Shown here: positions 20,867 through 31,962 of the stretch, piece after piece | Numbering within the stretch: position 1 is the first letter of the stretch | Layout: each line of letters begins with the position of its first letter | Source: Saprolegnia diclina VS20 | Taxonomy: Eukaryota | Assembly (NCBI RefSeq): GCF_000281045.1 | Contig: NW_008246105.1 | Coordinates: 529,762-581,926 of the forward strand | Length of the DNA: 52,165 nucleotides | Direction: 5' to 3' | Program-made: the position numbers and the translations under genes | Notes under the pieces: generated by a model | Databases searched by the model: none | What the model saw: the letters and a program-made list of their open reading frames with translations, nothing else | Told to the model about the DNA's origin: nothing

Positions 20867-22667
20867 TTATAACTTAAATCCAGTGTCGGCGAGGGTGCCA
20901 AAGCGCTTTGGCCGCCCAGGGCCAGGCCGATCGCTCTGCTTGAAGTTCGGGTTGAGGTTTTGCCACGTGGTCTTGCAGTCGACGGGGCACCGGCCCGGAA
21001 TCGCTTCCGAGATGCGCGTCCATTGGTTGCCCCACGTGTTGTAGAGCTCGGTGAGCTTTTGCTTCTCGTCGGCCTCGAACGGCCCGCGCTTGATGCTCGG
21101 GTTGAGGTAGTTGCGCCACCGCTCTTGGCAGTGCTTGGCCGTGCGCCCCGGAACCCCCGCGGCGACAGACGCCCAGTTGAGCTTCCCGCTTTGCTGGCTC
21201 AGCGTCGCGATCTGCGACTGGAGGAGGCAATCTTCTTCGTGGGACCAGTTGCCGCGGCGGAGGCCCGGGAAGAGCACCTTGCGCCAGCGCTGGAGGCACT
21301 GCGCGTGGTTGCGCCGGCCCACGTGCTTGGCGATGGCCTTCCAGTTGCGGGGACCGTACTTGTCGACAGCTTGACGCAGCAGGTCGTCTTCGTCTTGCGT
21401 CCACTTGCCCGGGTTGACGTGCGTCACCGTCTTGTTGTCGTCAGTCTTGTCGTCACGGCTGCTCGTACAGCTGCTGCTCGAGAGCGGCGAGTGGGCGGCG
21501 TTGGGCGCAAAGAAGTAGCCGCCCGTGGGATTCACAGAGGCCGACGGCGGGTACACGGAGCAGGATGGGGCGGCCTTGGACGGCTGGAAGCCGCGAAGCG
21601 ATGGCAAGACGATGGATGTGGGCGGCGGCAGCACTGGCGCCATGGGCGGCGGCAGAAGCGGCGAGATGGTTTGCATCTGCTACGGACAGGACGATGAGTG
21701 CCATATTTAGAGTCATGTTGACACGTACGCGAATGGACGGCAGCGGCGAGTAGTGGTTGCTGTTGTTGTTGGAGTTGTTGTTGGTGGGCTTGGTCACGAT
21801 CGGGAAGCTCCGGTCGACGTGGATGTGGAGCTTGGGCTTGACGACGTCGACAGGCGCCGACATGCTACGCAGCGGCTGCGGCGGCGACGACGTCCGGAGC
21901 GCCATCAGCGTCGGGATCACCTCCTTGTCATTCGCCTCGACTTCGTCCCACGTGCGCTTGCGCCAGCGGGGCTTGAGGAAGCGCACGATGGTCTCGAGGC
22001 AGACGAGGTTGTCGTAGGCGAACGCCATTGACGACGGCTTCTTGGACGACGTATCCGTGCAGCAGAGCGGGATGTTGAGCGAGTTGAGAAGCGCAAGCGG
22101 CGGCGTCGAAAGCCACATGCGGCGAAGCATCTCAAACACCTTGGCGTCACTAATGTACTCGGGAATGTCTTCGTCGAGGCGGTAGTTGGCACACGAGAGG
22201 TCCGTCTTGGTGTTGATGTACATGAGGGGGGCCTTGGCTTGGCCGAGCACCTCGAGGAGGTGGCGGTCCGACGCCGTGATGCGGCCATGGTGCCCGACGA
22301 AGAGCACGAGGTCCATCTGCAACAGGTGGTGCTGGCGCATGTACTCTTCCGGCGCCTCGGTGGGCTTGAGCTCTGGCAGGTCGATCAGGTTGAGCGCATG
22401 CCAGGCGACGACCGTCGGCGCGTACTCGCGCTGGCGCACGTTGAGCGGTGCGAAGAACGGGTCGTTGCGCGTCGCGCCCGTGATGAGGTTGATGAGCGCC
22501 GACTTGCCGACGCCGCTGGGGCCGACGACGGCGATGGCAAAGCCGTTGCGGACGTCGACCTTGTACGTCGTGTAGAGCGCGCGGAGGGCAGCCTCATCGC
22601 AGTCGCCGGCGGCCTTGCCGAGCGACTCGAGCACGAGGTGGAGCTTCTGGTAGCTCGAGTCCTCCAT
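20867..22667 (-). CDS. Predicted fusion protein: IRG/IIGP-like P-loop GTPase, low-complexity linker, three Myb repeats and an AT-hook (exons 22667-21729 and 21679-20867)
   Basis: GTPase motifs G1 GPSGVGKS(ALIN), G3-like DLPE, G4 NTKTD. Myb repeats KWTQDED..NWKAIA..QCLQRW, NWSHEED..NWASVA..HCQERW and PFEADEK..QWTRIS..CKTTW; C-terminal RPGPGRPKR. A phase-0 49-nt intron (GTACGT...CCGTAG, 21728-21680) joins the two ORFs in frame. Confidence 0.75.
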
Positions 22668-24405
22668 CTTGTGAAAAATCCAATACTGGAAACATACTGG
22701 CGAACTTCGCTTCCGAGCTTCGTCTCATTAATTATTGGCAGAAACGCCGGCCACGAGCCATTTTGGCCAATCAATTCGCGCGGACCCGAACTGGCCTTCG
22801 ACCCACGCCGAACTTCAAGTTGCAGCTGCGCCCAGCTGGTGCAGCATTTTGTCTTGGGTTCAGTATGCCACCCACCATCGCCTCGCACTTGGGCGTCGAA
22901 TTTCCATTTTATTTCTCACGACTTTCCCAAAATGAAGCTAGTTTCCCATGACTTGGCGTGTCAACGCAAACGCAGTACGAACCTGGTGCCGACCGCGTCT
23001 TTGCTGCGACGTCTATCAAGGATGCGCCGCCACGAGGGCAATGACTTTATTGTTGTGACGATTCAGATCTTATGTACGCCCAACTGCACCTGGACCGCAT
23101 CCAAGGACACTCCAGAGATTGCAAGCACGTTCCTGTGGTTTGGGAGCTGCAGGGTGGAGGCAGTGTGGAGGCAAGTGGGTGCTGCAGTCCAGTGCTTTCT
23201 CGAGATCGTGTCTACTCGACTGTGCAACTACTCATCTCCGCCAATTGGTTGCACTTGCGAGAGTGTGTGATGGCCCGCTGCACCAAGGGGCACTATTTGT
23301 GCTCAGCTCCAGTGGACCTCGACGCCACCAGTATTTGCGACGAATGATTTTGTGTGAGTGCGGCGTCGACGAAGCCGGCCGCGTTCGCGTCGATAAAACA
23401 GGCACGGTTGGGTTGCCCGTCGCCCAGTTTGGGACAGAGTCGAAAATGAAATCCTACAGGATTTCAGTCGTCACCCTGCTGCTGTTCGGTTGCCTTGAAC
23501 TAGCCCAGAACCACCTGGATGAAATCAAGCCTTTCGTTGTCTGCCACCCCTACCCCCGCCGCGCACGACGAGCATGTGTAGGACCTGCGGCACACCGTTG
23601 AGCGCTGGTCGTCGCGTTGGTTAGTATGGCGTAAAGTATTGTTCCGGTGCGGCGGCGGACGACTCGACAAAAGCAAGCGCGCCAAGAAGCCTGCTGCTTG
23701 AAGTTGCGAGTGCATCGCCACGCAAGCACGTTCGCGTCAACTTATCCACCCGCTGATATCCACTACAAGACGTTGAAGCCCAGGCTCTGATTCTTGGCGA
23801 GCGGCCTTTTCTATCGCCTTCAGTCCTTTATCGCGCCTCGGAATAGACGCGAAGCGAGGTAATAGCATGGCAGTCCCTCCACTGGGTTACACCTGTGGCT
23901 CTGCGTTTGCTTGTAGCCCGCACTTCAACCCGCGACTCTCTGCGCGGGTGCAGCAAGGTGAGCTCGGTGAAGCTTGGTCGCTCCTCGATGTCGAGTGACC
24001 TCATCTTGCTGGCTGTTGACGAAATCGGCTCGCATGTCCACCGCGTTGGCGCCATTGAAAGCGACCGTCAACACATAATGCGTCACATCCCTACGACGAA
24101 ACCGCCCCGTCGTCGTCGTACTTGATCTTTTCGGTTCGGCGCGGGTCAATGACCCACTTGATCTTTGTATACCCACGCGCCATGCCTGATCCCCACGAAC
24201 GCGCGATTGACTGGCGAAACGCTCACGAAACCTAAAGTGACGCTGCGGCGTCACAGCCTTCTTTTCCGGATCCGCATACGTTAGCACGCCGTGACACCAC
24301 GTCGTCATCGACACGGGATTGGTCCATTTACACCAATCAAACGCTGGTATAAAGATCGATTGTTTTTTGGGCCGTTGCGAAAAATTCCATTTTGGGCGAG
24401 GAGCG

Positions 24406-26302
24406 ATGGCGAGCTTGCCGCGGGCGACGCGCTCCTTGCACCCTCTTCGCTTCCTGATCGAGACGCGCTTCATGCTGCTCTTCCTCGTCGTCCTAAGCGC
24501 CGGTCTCGTCTTCTGGGCTCTCGGCGACGACATGGAGGGCATCGACGCGTCTGTGGAGCTCCACGCGGACCGCGTCCATGCGCTCTGGACCGACGAGACG
24601 TACCAGTGTCTCGGATGGCGAGCCACGGCCAACTGCAATCCGCACGGGTGGCGCAAGCCGTCCAGAGACCGCGGCTGCAGCGATGTCATCGAGCCCGGCA
24701 TGAGCGGGTACTGCGAGATCCGTAACCGGACGAGCGGCGAGATCTTCCAAGTGATGCTCACGGCGTGCGACAGCATCAAGGACAAGACATTTACCTGCAT
24801 GGAGGCGCGTGACTTCACCGACTACAGCATCCGCGCCGCATCCGCGCCCGCGGTGTCGCCCTCGACGCCGATGCTGCGGACATTTGCCAACGCCACCAAT
24901 GGCATCGTCATGTCCATCTACCCCAGCGTGCTCCCCAATGTGTATGCTATTGTACGCATGCTGCGCTTCTACAACTGTATGCTGCCCATGGAGCTGTGGT
25001 ACGAGCCGCATCAGATGTCGGATGTGGCGACCAACCCGATCTTGGCGGCGCTCGAGGCCAACTACGGTCCGCTGGTGTTCCGACCCATTGCCGACAAGCG
25101 CGCAACGGGCTACATGACCAAGCCCTTTGCTGTCGCGCACAGCCAGTTTGAGAACGTCCTCTTCCTCGACTCGGACAACCTCCCGACACGAGACCCGACC
25201 TTTCTCTTCACGTCTCCGCAGTTTCTCGAAAGCGGCGCGATCTTTTGGCCCGACTACTGGCACGATGTACGCTCCGTGACGATCAAAACGATACTGACGC
25301 TATTGCTAGAGCTCGTCGCCCTTCAACGTCCATGCGCGGTCGCTGCTCTGGGAGCTTGTGGATATGCCGTTCGTCGATATGCTCGAGCAAGAGTCGGGGC
25401 AGCTCGTCGTTGCGCGTATATCGCACTTGGCGTTCCGCAGCACGGCGCTCATTCCTCGTAGGGCACCGGTGCGCGACGGCATTGGCCAAGGTGCTGCATT
25501 ACGCGCTGGAGACGCCGCCGCTGCTACAAAAGTACGGCCTCGTGTGGGGCGACAAGGACCTGTTCCGGCTCGCGTGGTTCAACACGTCGACGCCGTTCGC
25601 GTTCGTACCGCACCCGCCGGCCCTCGGCGGCTTTACGAAAGACGAGTACGTCGACGCGGTCGCGCCGGTCCCGAGCGTCTTGTACTGGCACGCCGTGTCT
25701 TTTTGCGGCATCGCGATGCTGCAGCACGACTTTGACGGGCGCATCCTCTTTGTTCACCGCAACAGCGTCAAGCTCACGGGCGAGGCGGACCAGACGCCGC
25801 TCGTGACGCACGCACAGACGTCGACGCTGCCGACGCACGCGAGTCCGCTCCTCGGGCACGGCAAGGAGTACTTTATCCAGCTCTTTGGTACACCCTTTGG
25901 TGTCGGCGACCGCACGCAATAACGGCTCAAATAGGCCACACGCTGGGACAGAAGGCGTGCTACGTACTCGCGAGCGCCGGGAGGATCGAGGCTGTCGACG
26001 CGATCGACGACTCGATGGCCAAGGTCGAGAAGATGGCGATTCACTACGCGATCGAGGCGGGTGACATGCTCCGCGCGGTGGCTCGGCGGCGCAAGGAGCA
26101 TGGCGCTGGCCACTGGCTCCTGCCCTTTGACACACTCGACGCTCGCCACACGGGAGAGGACGCGATTCCTGTCATGTACTGGGTTACCGTTCACATGCTT
26201 GTCGGCGGGTTGGCTGGCTGGACGTGGCGACGTCGCCAGCGCTCGGTGACAAAAGGGCCGACTTTGGACAGAGCCATACCGCCCCCGTACCAGATTCTGT
26301 AG
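24406..26302 (+). CDS. Alpha-mannosyltransferase, GT71 (MNN2-like), multi-exon
   Basis: N-terminal TM. Motifs LPMELW, KPFAVAHSQFENVLFLDSDN.PTRDP.FLF, GAIFWPDYW, EQESGQLVV, WGDKDLFRLAW and LFVHRN. Confidence 0.88.
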
Positions 26303-26700
26303 CCGAGAAGGACAGCTAACCTGTACATACATATATCAACTTGCAGCAAGTGGGATCGCACCAGGTAGTCTCGCACATGAGAGTGCACCTGCACAAGCTT
26401 GCTACTTGTGAGGCTCCATTGCTGCTCGAAGCGGCTGGCGCGGTCTTGGTCGGCCACCATCTTTTGTGTCAGCTGATCCAATTTAGCTTTGGCCGCGACA
26501 TTCCAGTCGACAACCGTCGCTTCGAGGCGAGTGTCGTGTGAGAAAAGACGGAGCCTAAGGAGACTGTACTGGAGGAGGTGCTGACGTACAGCTACGCCGC
26601 AGTGCAGAAACAAAGTCGTACACTAGGGGGTACATTGACAACGGTTTATCTCTCGTTTCACAGACGCATATACGCGTTGCTTGAGGATGCGGCGAGCGCA

Positions 26701-27246
26701 CTATTGAGGCGCATCCGTGGTCGAGCCCTCGGGCGCCGTGGTCGAGCCCTCGGACCCCGCGGTCGAGCCCTGGGACGGGCCCTGGGACCCTGACGTTGAG
26801 CTGCGGGACCCCGAGATTGAGTCACGGAACGAGCCGTGGGACCCGGTGTTTGAGCCGTGGGGCTCCGTAATTGCGTCACGGAACGAGCCATGAGACCCCG
26901 CGGTTGAGCCGTGGAACGAACCTTGAGGTCCCGTCGTCGATCTTTGGCTGGAGGCGGACGATGGCGCCGCTTTGCCTTCGTCGTCCGACTCGGACCCGGA
27001 GTCCGAGTCGCGGGATTGGAACCATCCGCTCACGCCGCGCACGACGTAGCTTCCGCCTTGCGCGACCTTGGTCACTGCGCAGCTGCCGTACTTGCCCATT
27101 TCGCAGAGCACCGTCGAGGCTGTGCTCATGTCGGAGCAGTCCTTGTCACAGTCCATGGCCGTCAACGCCCGACCCGCGCTGAAGGGCGACGCCTTCGTCG
27201 ACGCCGCGACGGCCAACACGCAAAAGACGATAGTCGCTCCTTTCAT
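26701..27246 (-). CDS. Small secreted protein (181 aa) with a four-Cys N-terminal region and a Ser/Gly/Thr tandem-repeat tail
   Basis: Signal peptide MKGATIVFCVLAVAASTKA; repeats GSHGSFRD (x2) and GST(T/A)xxE(G). Confidence 0.65.
   Translation of the reverse strand: MKGATIVFCVLAVAASTKASPFSAGRALTAMDCDKDCSDMSTASTVLCEMGKYGSCAVTKVAQGGSYVVRGVSGWFQSRDSDSGSESDDEGKAAPSSASSQRSTTGPQGSFHGSTAGSHGSFRDAITEPHGSNTGSHGSFRDSISGSRSSTSGSQGPSQGSTAGSEGSTTAPEGSTTDAPQ
26717..26915. repeat. Imperfect coding tandem repeats (21-nt and ~54-nt units)
   Basis: G(T/C)GGTCGAGCCCT recurs at 21-nt spacing from 26717; GTCACGGAACGAGCC occurs at 26821 and 26875. Confidence 0.7.
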
Positions 27247-27807
27247 TCTTCAACGGGACGCAAATTCGGGTATGATGGCTCCGGTCGGCCAGGCGCGGTG
27301 CAAGATAGACTCATCTTGAAGTGGGTATGGCCGTCGAAGATACCAAACGCACCAATCACCGAGCAGCATGCCCCACGACCGTTCGAGATGCCAGAACATG
27401 AAGCAAGTGGTTTCTTGATTAGCTCGTGTCGCGCAGTCCCAGCTCGCTGCGTCATTGCACTCCGAGAGTCCCGGCCGTTGAAACAAGTTCCTACATGGAG
27501 GCAACCAAGGCGAAAGCAGAGTTCGGCAAGCTACTGCTGAAACCTCTGAGAATGCGTTGCGTCGACCGCAAGCGGGACCCTCTATGCATGCGTACCGAGA
27601 CCAGTTGGCAGAGACCTACTGGAGGTTCGAACCCGCTGCAATTCAAACCAGCGCCTTCCGCTTGGTTGGGTGCTTTCAGCCATCTTAAAACCTCTCATAC
27701 TTCATGTCCGGTGTATAATATATCAAAGGATAAATCCAATTTTGCGGGAAGCAGGTAAGGGAGCGTGGTTCATGCATGGCGATGATCCGCGAGCGCTAGG
27801 AAGAAGC

Positions 27808-29083
27808 ATGGGACGCAAGGACGACTCCTCCGAAGACGACTTCCTACTAGAGAGTGATGACGATGACGACTTCGTGTCTTCGGCGCCGGCGAAGGCCAAG
27901 TCGCCGGCCTCGGCCAAGGCCACGCCCAAGCGGAAGAAGCCGTCCGAGAGCGACGGCGACGCGTCCGATAGATTGGAAGACGACGATGACTTCGAGCAAG
28001 TCAAGAAGGCCAAGACAAGCAAGAAGTCGCCGGGGCCCAAGCCGGCCAAGAAGATGCCTGCTGTAGAGAAGAAGCCGACCAAGAAGGAGCCTGAGAAGAA
28101 GGAGCCCGAGAAGCCCAAGGACATGATGAGCCAGTCGCAAGCGGAAGAGGAAGTGGCCAAGTACATGCGCCAGGTACCTCAGCGCTGCTGGGCGTAGGAA
28201 GCTGATATCGACTGCAGACAAACCGCCCCTACAGCGTCCTCAACGTCTTTGAGAACCTCCATCGACGCATTGGCAAGACGATGCTGACCAAGATCCTCGA
28301 CGTTCTCGTCGAAAAGTACCATCCATGTCCTTCGAGTGCAGGCTCATGGGACCACCGACAGGGGCGAGATCAAGTGCAAGACATATGGGAAGAGCCAAAT
28401 CTACTACTACAACCAAGTCGAGACCCACGCACCCCCAGGTTCATTGATGTTGCTCGTCAAATAGAAAAAGCTGCCGCCCCCGTGCAGCACGACCCTTGCG
28501 CAAACCGAAGCCGCCATTCAGGTAAACTCGACCGTGCCCATTCAGTTGTGTCTCAAGGGTCCGTAGACGGTGGCTGACGACGTGCAGAACGCCGAGCGCG
28601 CGCTCAAGGAGGCAGAGTCGGTCCTGCATGGGCTCTCCAACCAAATGACGGACGCGGAGCTCGACCAGCAGATCACCGAGTACACTACGCAAGTGGGCAT
28701 CATCGTTGCAACGACGGCCACTTATCAAGTACCTGCAGGTGGCAACGCTGTCAGCGACGTTGCAGCGCCTGGACGATCCGAACCGCGCACCGGTGGCTCC
28801 CGAAAAGAAAAAGGCCATCTCCGATCAGTTCACCAAGTACAAGGTAGACAGATGTGGCTATTTGAGCTCGGAACTCCGAGGACATGCAGACGGCGTGGGT
28901 CAAGCGCAAGCGCATCGTCATGGACGCCATCGACCAGATCGCGGAAGGCATGGAGAAGAAGCGCAAGGACGTGCTGGTACACGCGTGACCTGTCGATGTC
29001 GTGACCCTTGATTGTTGTGATAGGATCTCTGCGGCATCGAGACGGACGAGAGTGTCGGTGTCAAGGCGATTCCGTCGCTTTAG
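27808..29083 (+). CDS. HOP2: Homologous-pairing protein 2 (HOP2/TBPIP) with an acidic/Lys-rich N-terminal extension, multi-exon
   Basis: AEEEVAKYMRQ-TNRPYSVLNVFENLH, KTYGKSQIYYYNQ, coiled coil, MTDAELDQQI, WVKRKRIVMDAIDQIAEG and GIETDE; TAG at 29081-29083. Confidence 0.88.
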
Positions 29084-29125
29084 ACATCAAGGAGACTACT
29101 ATCTATGAGGATTATACTACTTACA

Positions 29126-31587
29126 TCAACTTCCAGTGTTAGAAATCGGGGGCAGATGGGGGCTGAGCCACGAGAGGACATCGCGGGCGGTCGGTCGGTC
29201 TTCGGGTAAATAGGCGAGGCACCGTCGCGCGACATTCAAGATCGGCGCTGGGCAGTCGGTCGAGAAGACGGGCCGGAGTTCGCCGGCCACAACGAGCATC
29301 GCGATGCGCGTCTTGGCGAGCTCGACGCCGAGGCACGACTCTGGGAGGAGCCGGTGGATGTTGGAGTACGGGATCTCCATCATGTCCATCTCCGAGATGA
29401 GCACGCCGAGCGAGTACATGTCGGCCTTCTCCGTGTACCGGACGCCCTTGAGCACCTCGGGCGCGATCCACGCCACGGTCCCGATCTCGGACGTCATGGT
29501 TTCTTCCGACGTCTCGCGCGACGTGCCAAAGTCGGTGACTTTGGCGACAAAGTTCTCGTTGAGCATGACGTTCTTGGCCTTGAGATCGCGGTGGATGACG
29601 TCTTGCGCGTGGAGGTACACGAGCGCCTTGAGAATGTCGACAAGCACACCGAGCTTGGAGAGCGCGGGGGCCAGCATCACCGTGTCCTTCTCGTGCTGCG
29701 CGTGCCATGGGATGCGCTGGGCGTCGTGGTCCGTGTCGAGGAGCGTCCACAAGTCGCCCTCGCTCATGTACTCGGTCACGACACTCAGGTTCGGCAGCGT
29801 CGTCCAGCAGTACCCGATGAACTCGACAATGTGCGGGTGCTGGAGACGGATGCAGAACCGGATCTCCTCCATGAAATCCTCGATCGACCGGAGGCTCCGC
29901 AGCCGCTCCGGCAGCATGCGCTTGACAGCGACCAGCTGCTCGCGCCCCTTCTCTGTCTTGAGCGTCGCAAGGTACACGACGCCAAAACCACCGCGGGCCA
30001 AGACGCGGTCGCGCACGATCGAGTCGGCGGGGATGCGGTACCGCTGGTACGCGGGATCAAACCGGAGGTCGTTGATAAGGTGCGCACTGTCGGCAATGAG
30101 CGACGGGAACGTCGGCGACGACGAGTGCAGCCACGACCGGTGCTCGGCCTCGTACTGGTGGCGCCGGCGGCGCATCTCGTAAAAGACGCCGCCGCCCACA
30201 AGCAGCGCAAGTGCGCAGAAAATGCCGAGCGCGATCGTGAGAACGCTCGTCGCGTTGTGGACCTCGGCCGACGCCAGTGGCACGACGCAAAAGAGGTACC
30301 GGTCCCAGAGCTTCGCCGCCGTCGCACCGACTTCGGGGCACGAACCGGACGGCGCCGAGACGGCCGAGACGTCGTTGCACATAGGGTCGGCGTGGGTGAG
30401 GTTTTGCAGTGCCTTCAAGTCGGCGGCCGAGCCCGAGAAGCGCACGGAAGGGTTGCCCTTGAGACACCTATCGACGAGAGCGTGAGCTGCGGAGGCCAAT
30501 ACGCAAGCACTTACAAGCTCATGAGCGAATGGGGCAAGATGGACGCGTTGACCCACGTGAGGTTGTTGTCGGCGAGGTTGAGGCTGATGAGGCTGAGTGG
30601 CAGCATGACGTTGTTGAGGCTGTGGAGCGCATTCGCCTTGAGATTGCTACATATACTAGAGTGAGGCGACGTCAACGGCAGGCGTAGTACAGAATCGCGA
30701 GGCTCTCGCCAAACGAGACGCCGTCGAGGGACGCGATCGTGTTGTTTTGGAGCGAGAGCGTCACGAGTCGCCGTAAGTTGGTGGCCATCGCCTTGGGGAG
30801 ACTGGTGAGCTTGTTGCTCTCGAGGTACAGCGTCTCGAGCTTCATGGGCCACACGGTATGCTCGATCGAGGCGATGCGGTTGGCGTTGAGGTTGAGTATG
30901 CGAAGCTCCTTCATCGTCGAGATGTCACCGACGCTCTCGATCCAGTTGCGGTCGACGAAAAAGTTGAACGTCTGGTCCGACGTCATGACGCCGTCGATGG
31001 ACCGAATGTGGTTGTCGGAGAAGTTGCTACCAAGTTCATGATGAGTACTCGATGCGCTCGGACGCGCCTACAGCTGCGTCGCTTCGACCGCGCGATTGTT
31101 GGGGATCGACCGCTTGTTGGACGTGAGGTCGAGCGCCAGCGTCTCGATGCCGAGGCGGAAGAGTGTGCTACCAAGTCATGAGGCGAGGGTCATGGGTGGT
31201 GCGGTCGTACATGTACGAGACGACGCTCGAGAGGCCCTCGACATAACTTACTTCGACGCCCGTGCCCATGAGGAACTGCGTGCTCTTCCTGTCGTTGGCA
31301 TTGGGGCCGCCGGGCCAGTCGCTCATCGGAATATCGTTCTCGTTGAGGTTGACGCCAATAACGCATGAGCCGTCGGGGTGCCAGATGCACGTGCTGTCGT
31401 CGACGTTGGTCCGCCACGTCGGCTTGCGGAACGCGGTGAAGTTGCACGCGTCGCACTTGGTCGTGAACGTTGGCCGCGTCACGTTCTCGGGGCTGACGCC
31501 CGGCAACATTGCCCCTCGCTCCGCCTTGTAGTCGATGTCCTGCGCCATGGCGACGGCCGCCATGAGCACCACCGACGTCGGCCTCAT
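29126..31587 (-). CDS. LRR receptor-like kinase (TKL group), copy 1
   Basis: Signal peptide MRPTSVVLMAAVAMA, LRRs (LNLNANRIASI, LYLESNKLTSL), TM helix, and kinase motifs LARGGFG, VAVKR, HRDLKAKN, DFG and WIAPE. Confidence 0.88.
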
Positions 31588-31962
31588 CGTCGTCTGAAGG
31601 CGGTTGGAGCCAGCGACGCTGGAAACTTGACCCAGCGCCCATCATTACGTGCGCCAGCTGCTTCGTCTAATTCGGATAAGATGCCGAAAATCACCCTAAA
31701 ATCACTCTACTGCCCTAAAATAGGCACGTCTCCGCTCCGAAATCAGGTCCTTGGAAGCGACGCCGATGATGGAGGCCGCCTGTACAGCACGCCAGCACCG
31801 CCTCCACCCGAGGTACGTAGCGCCAGGACCATGCTGCGTACGCGGGCCTCATCCATCGCTGCCCGTGGCGCCATCATGCGAGTGATCACCCGCTTACGAC
31901 ACGCCACCGCTTACACATCTGCTTACATATCGATACTCGGACGTATCATCATCATCCTCTAC

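Noticed and set aside
21453..21728. C-terminal tail of the unspliced 404-aa GTPase ORF as a real domain
   Set aside because: It is read-through of the intron and an off-frame reading of the Myb exon; it matters only if the intron is retained.
22700..24400. Several 60-340-aa ORFs between the divergent GTPase-Myb and GT71 genes
   Set aside because: No codon bias, motifs or consistent splice pattern; treated as intergenic.
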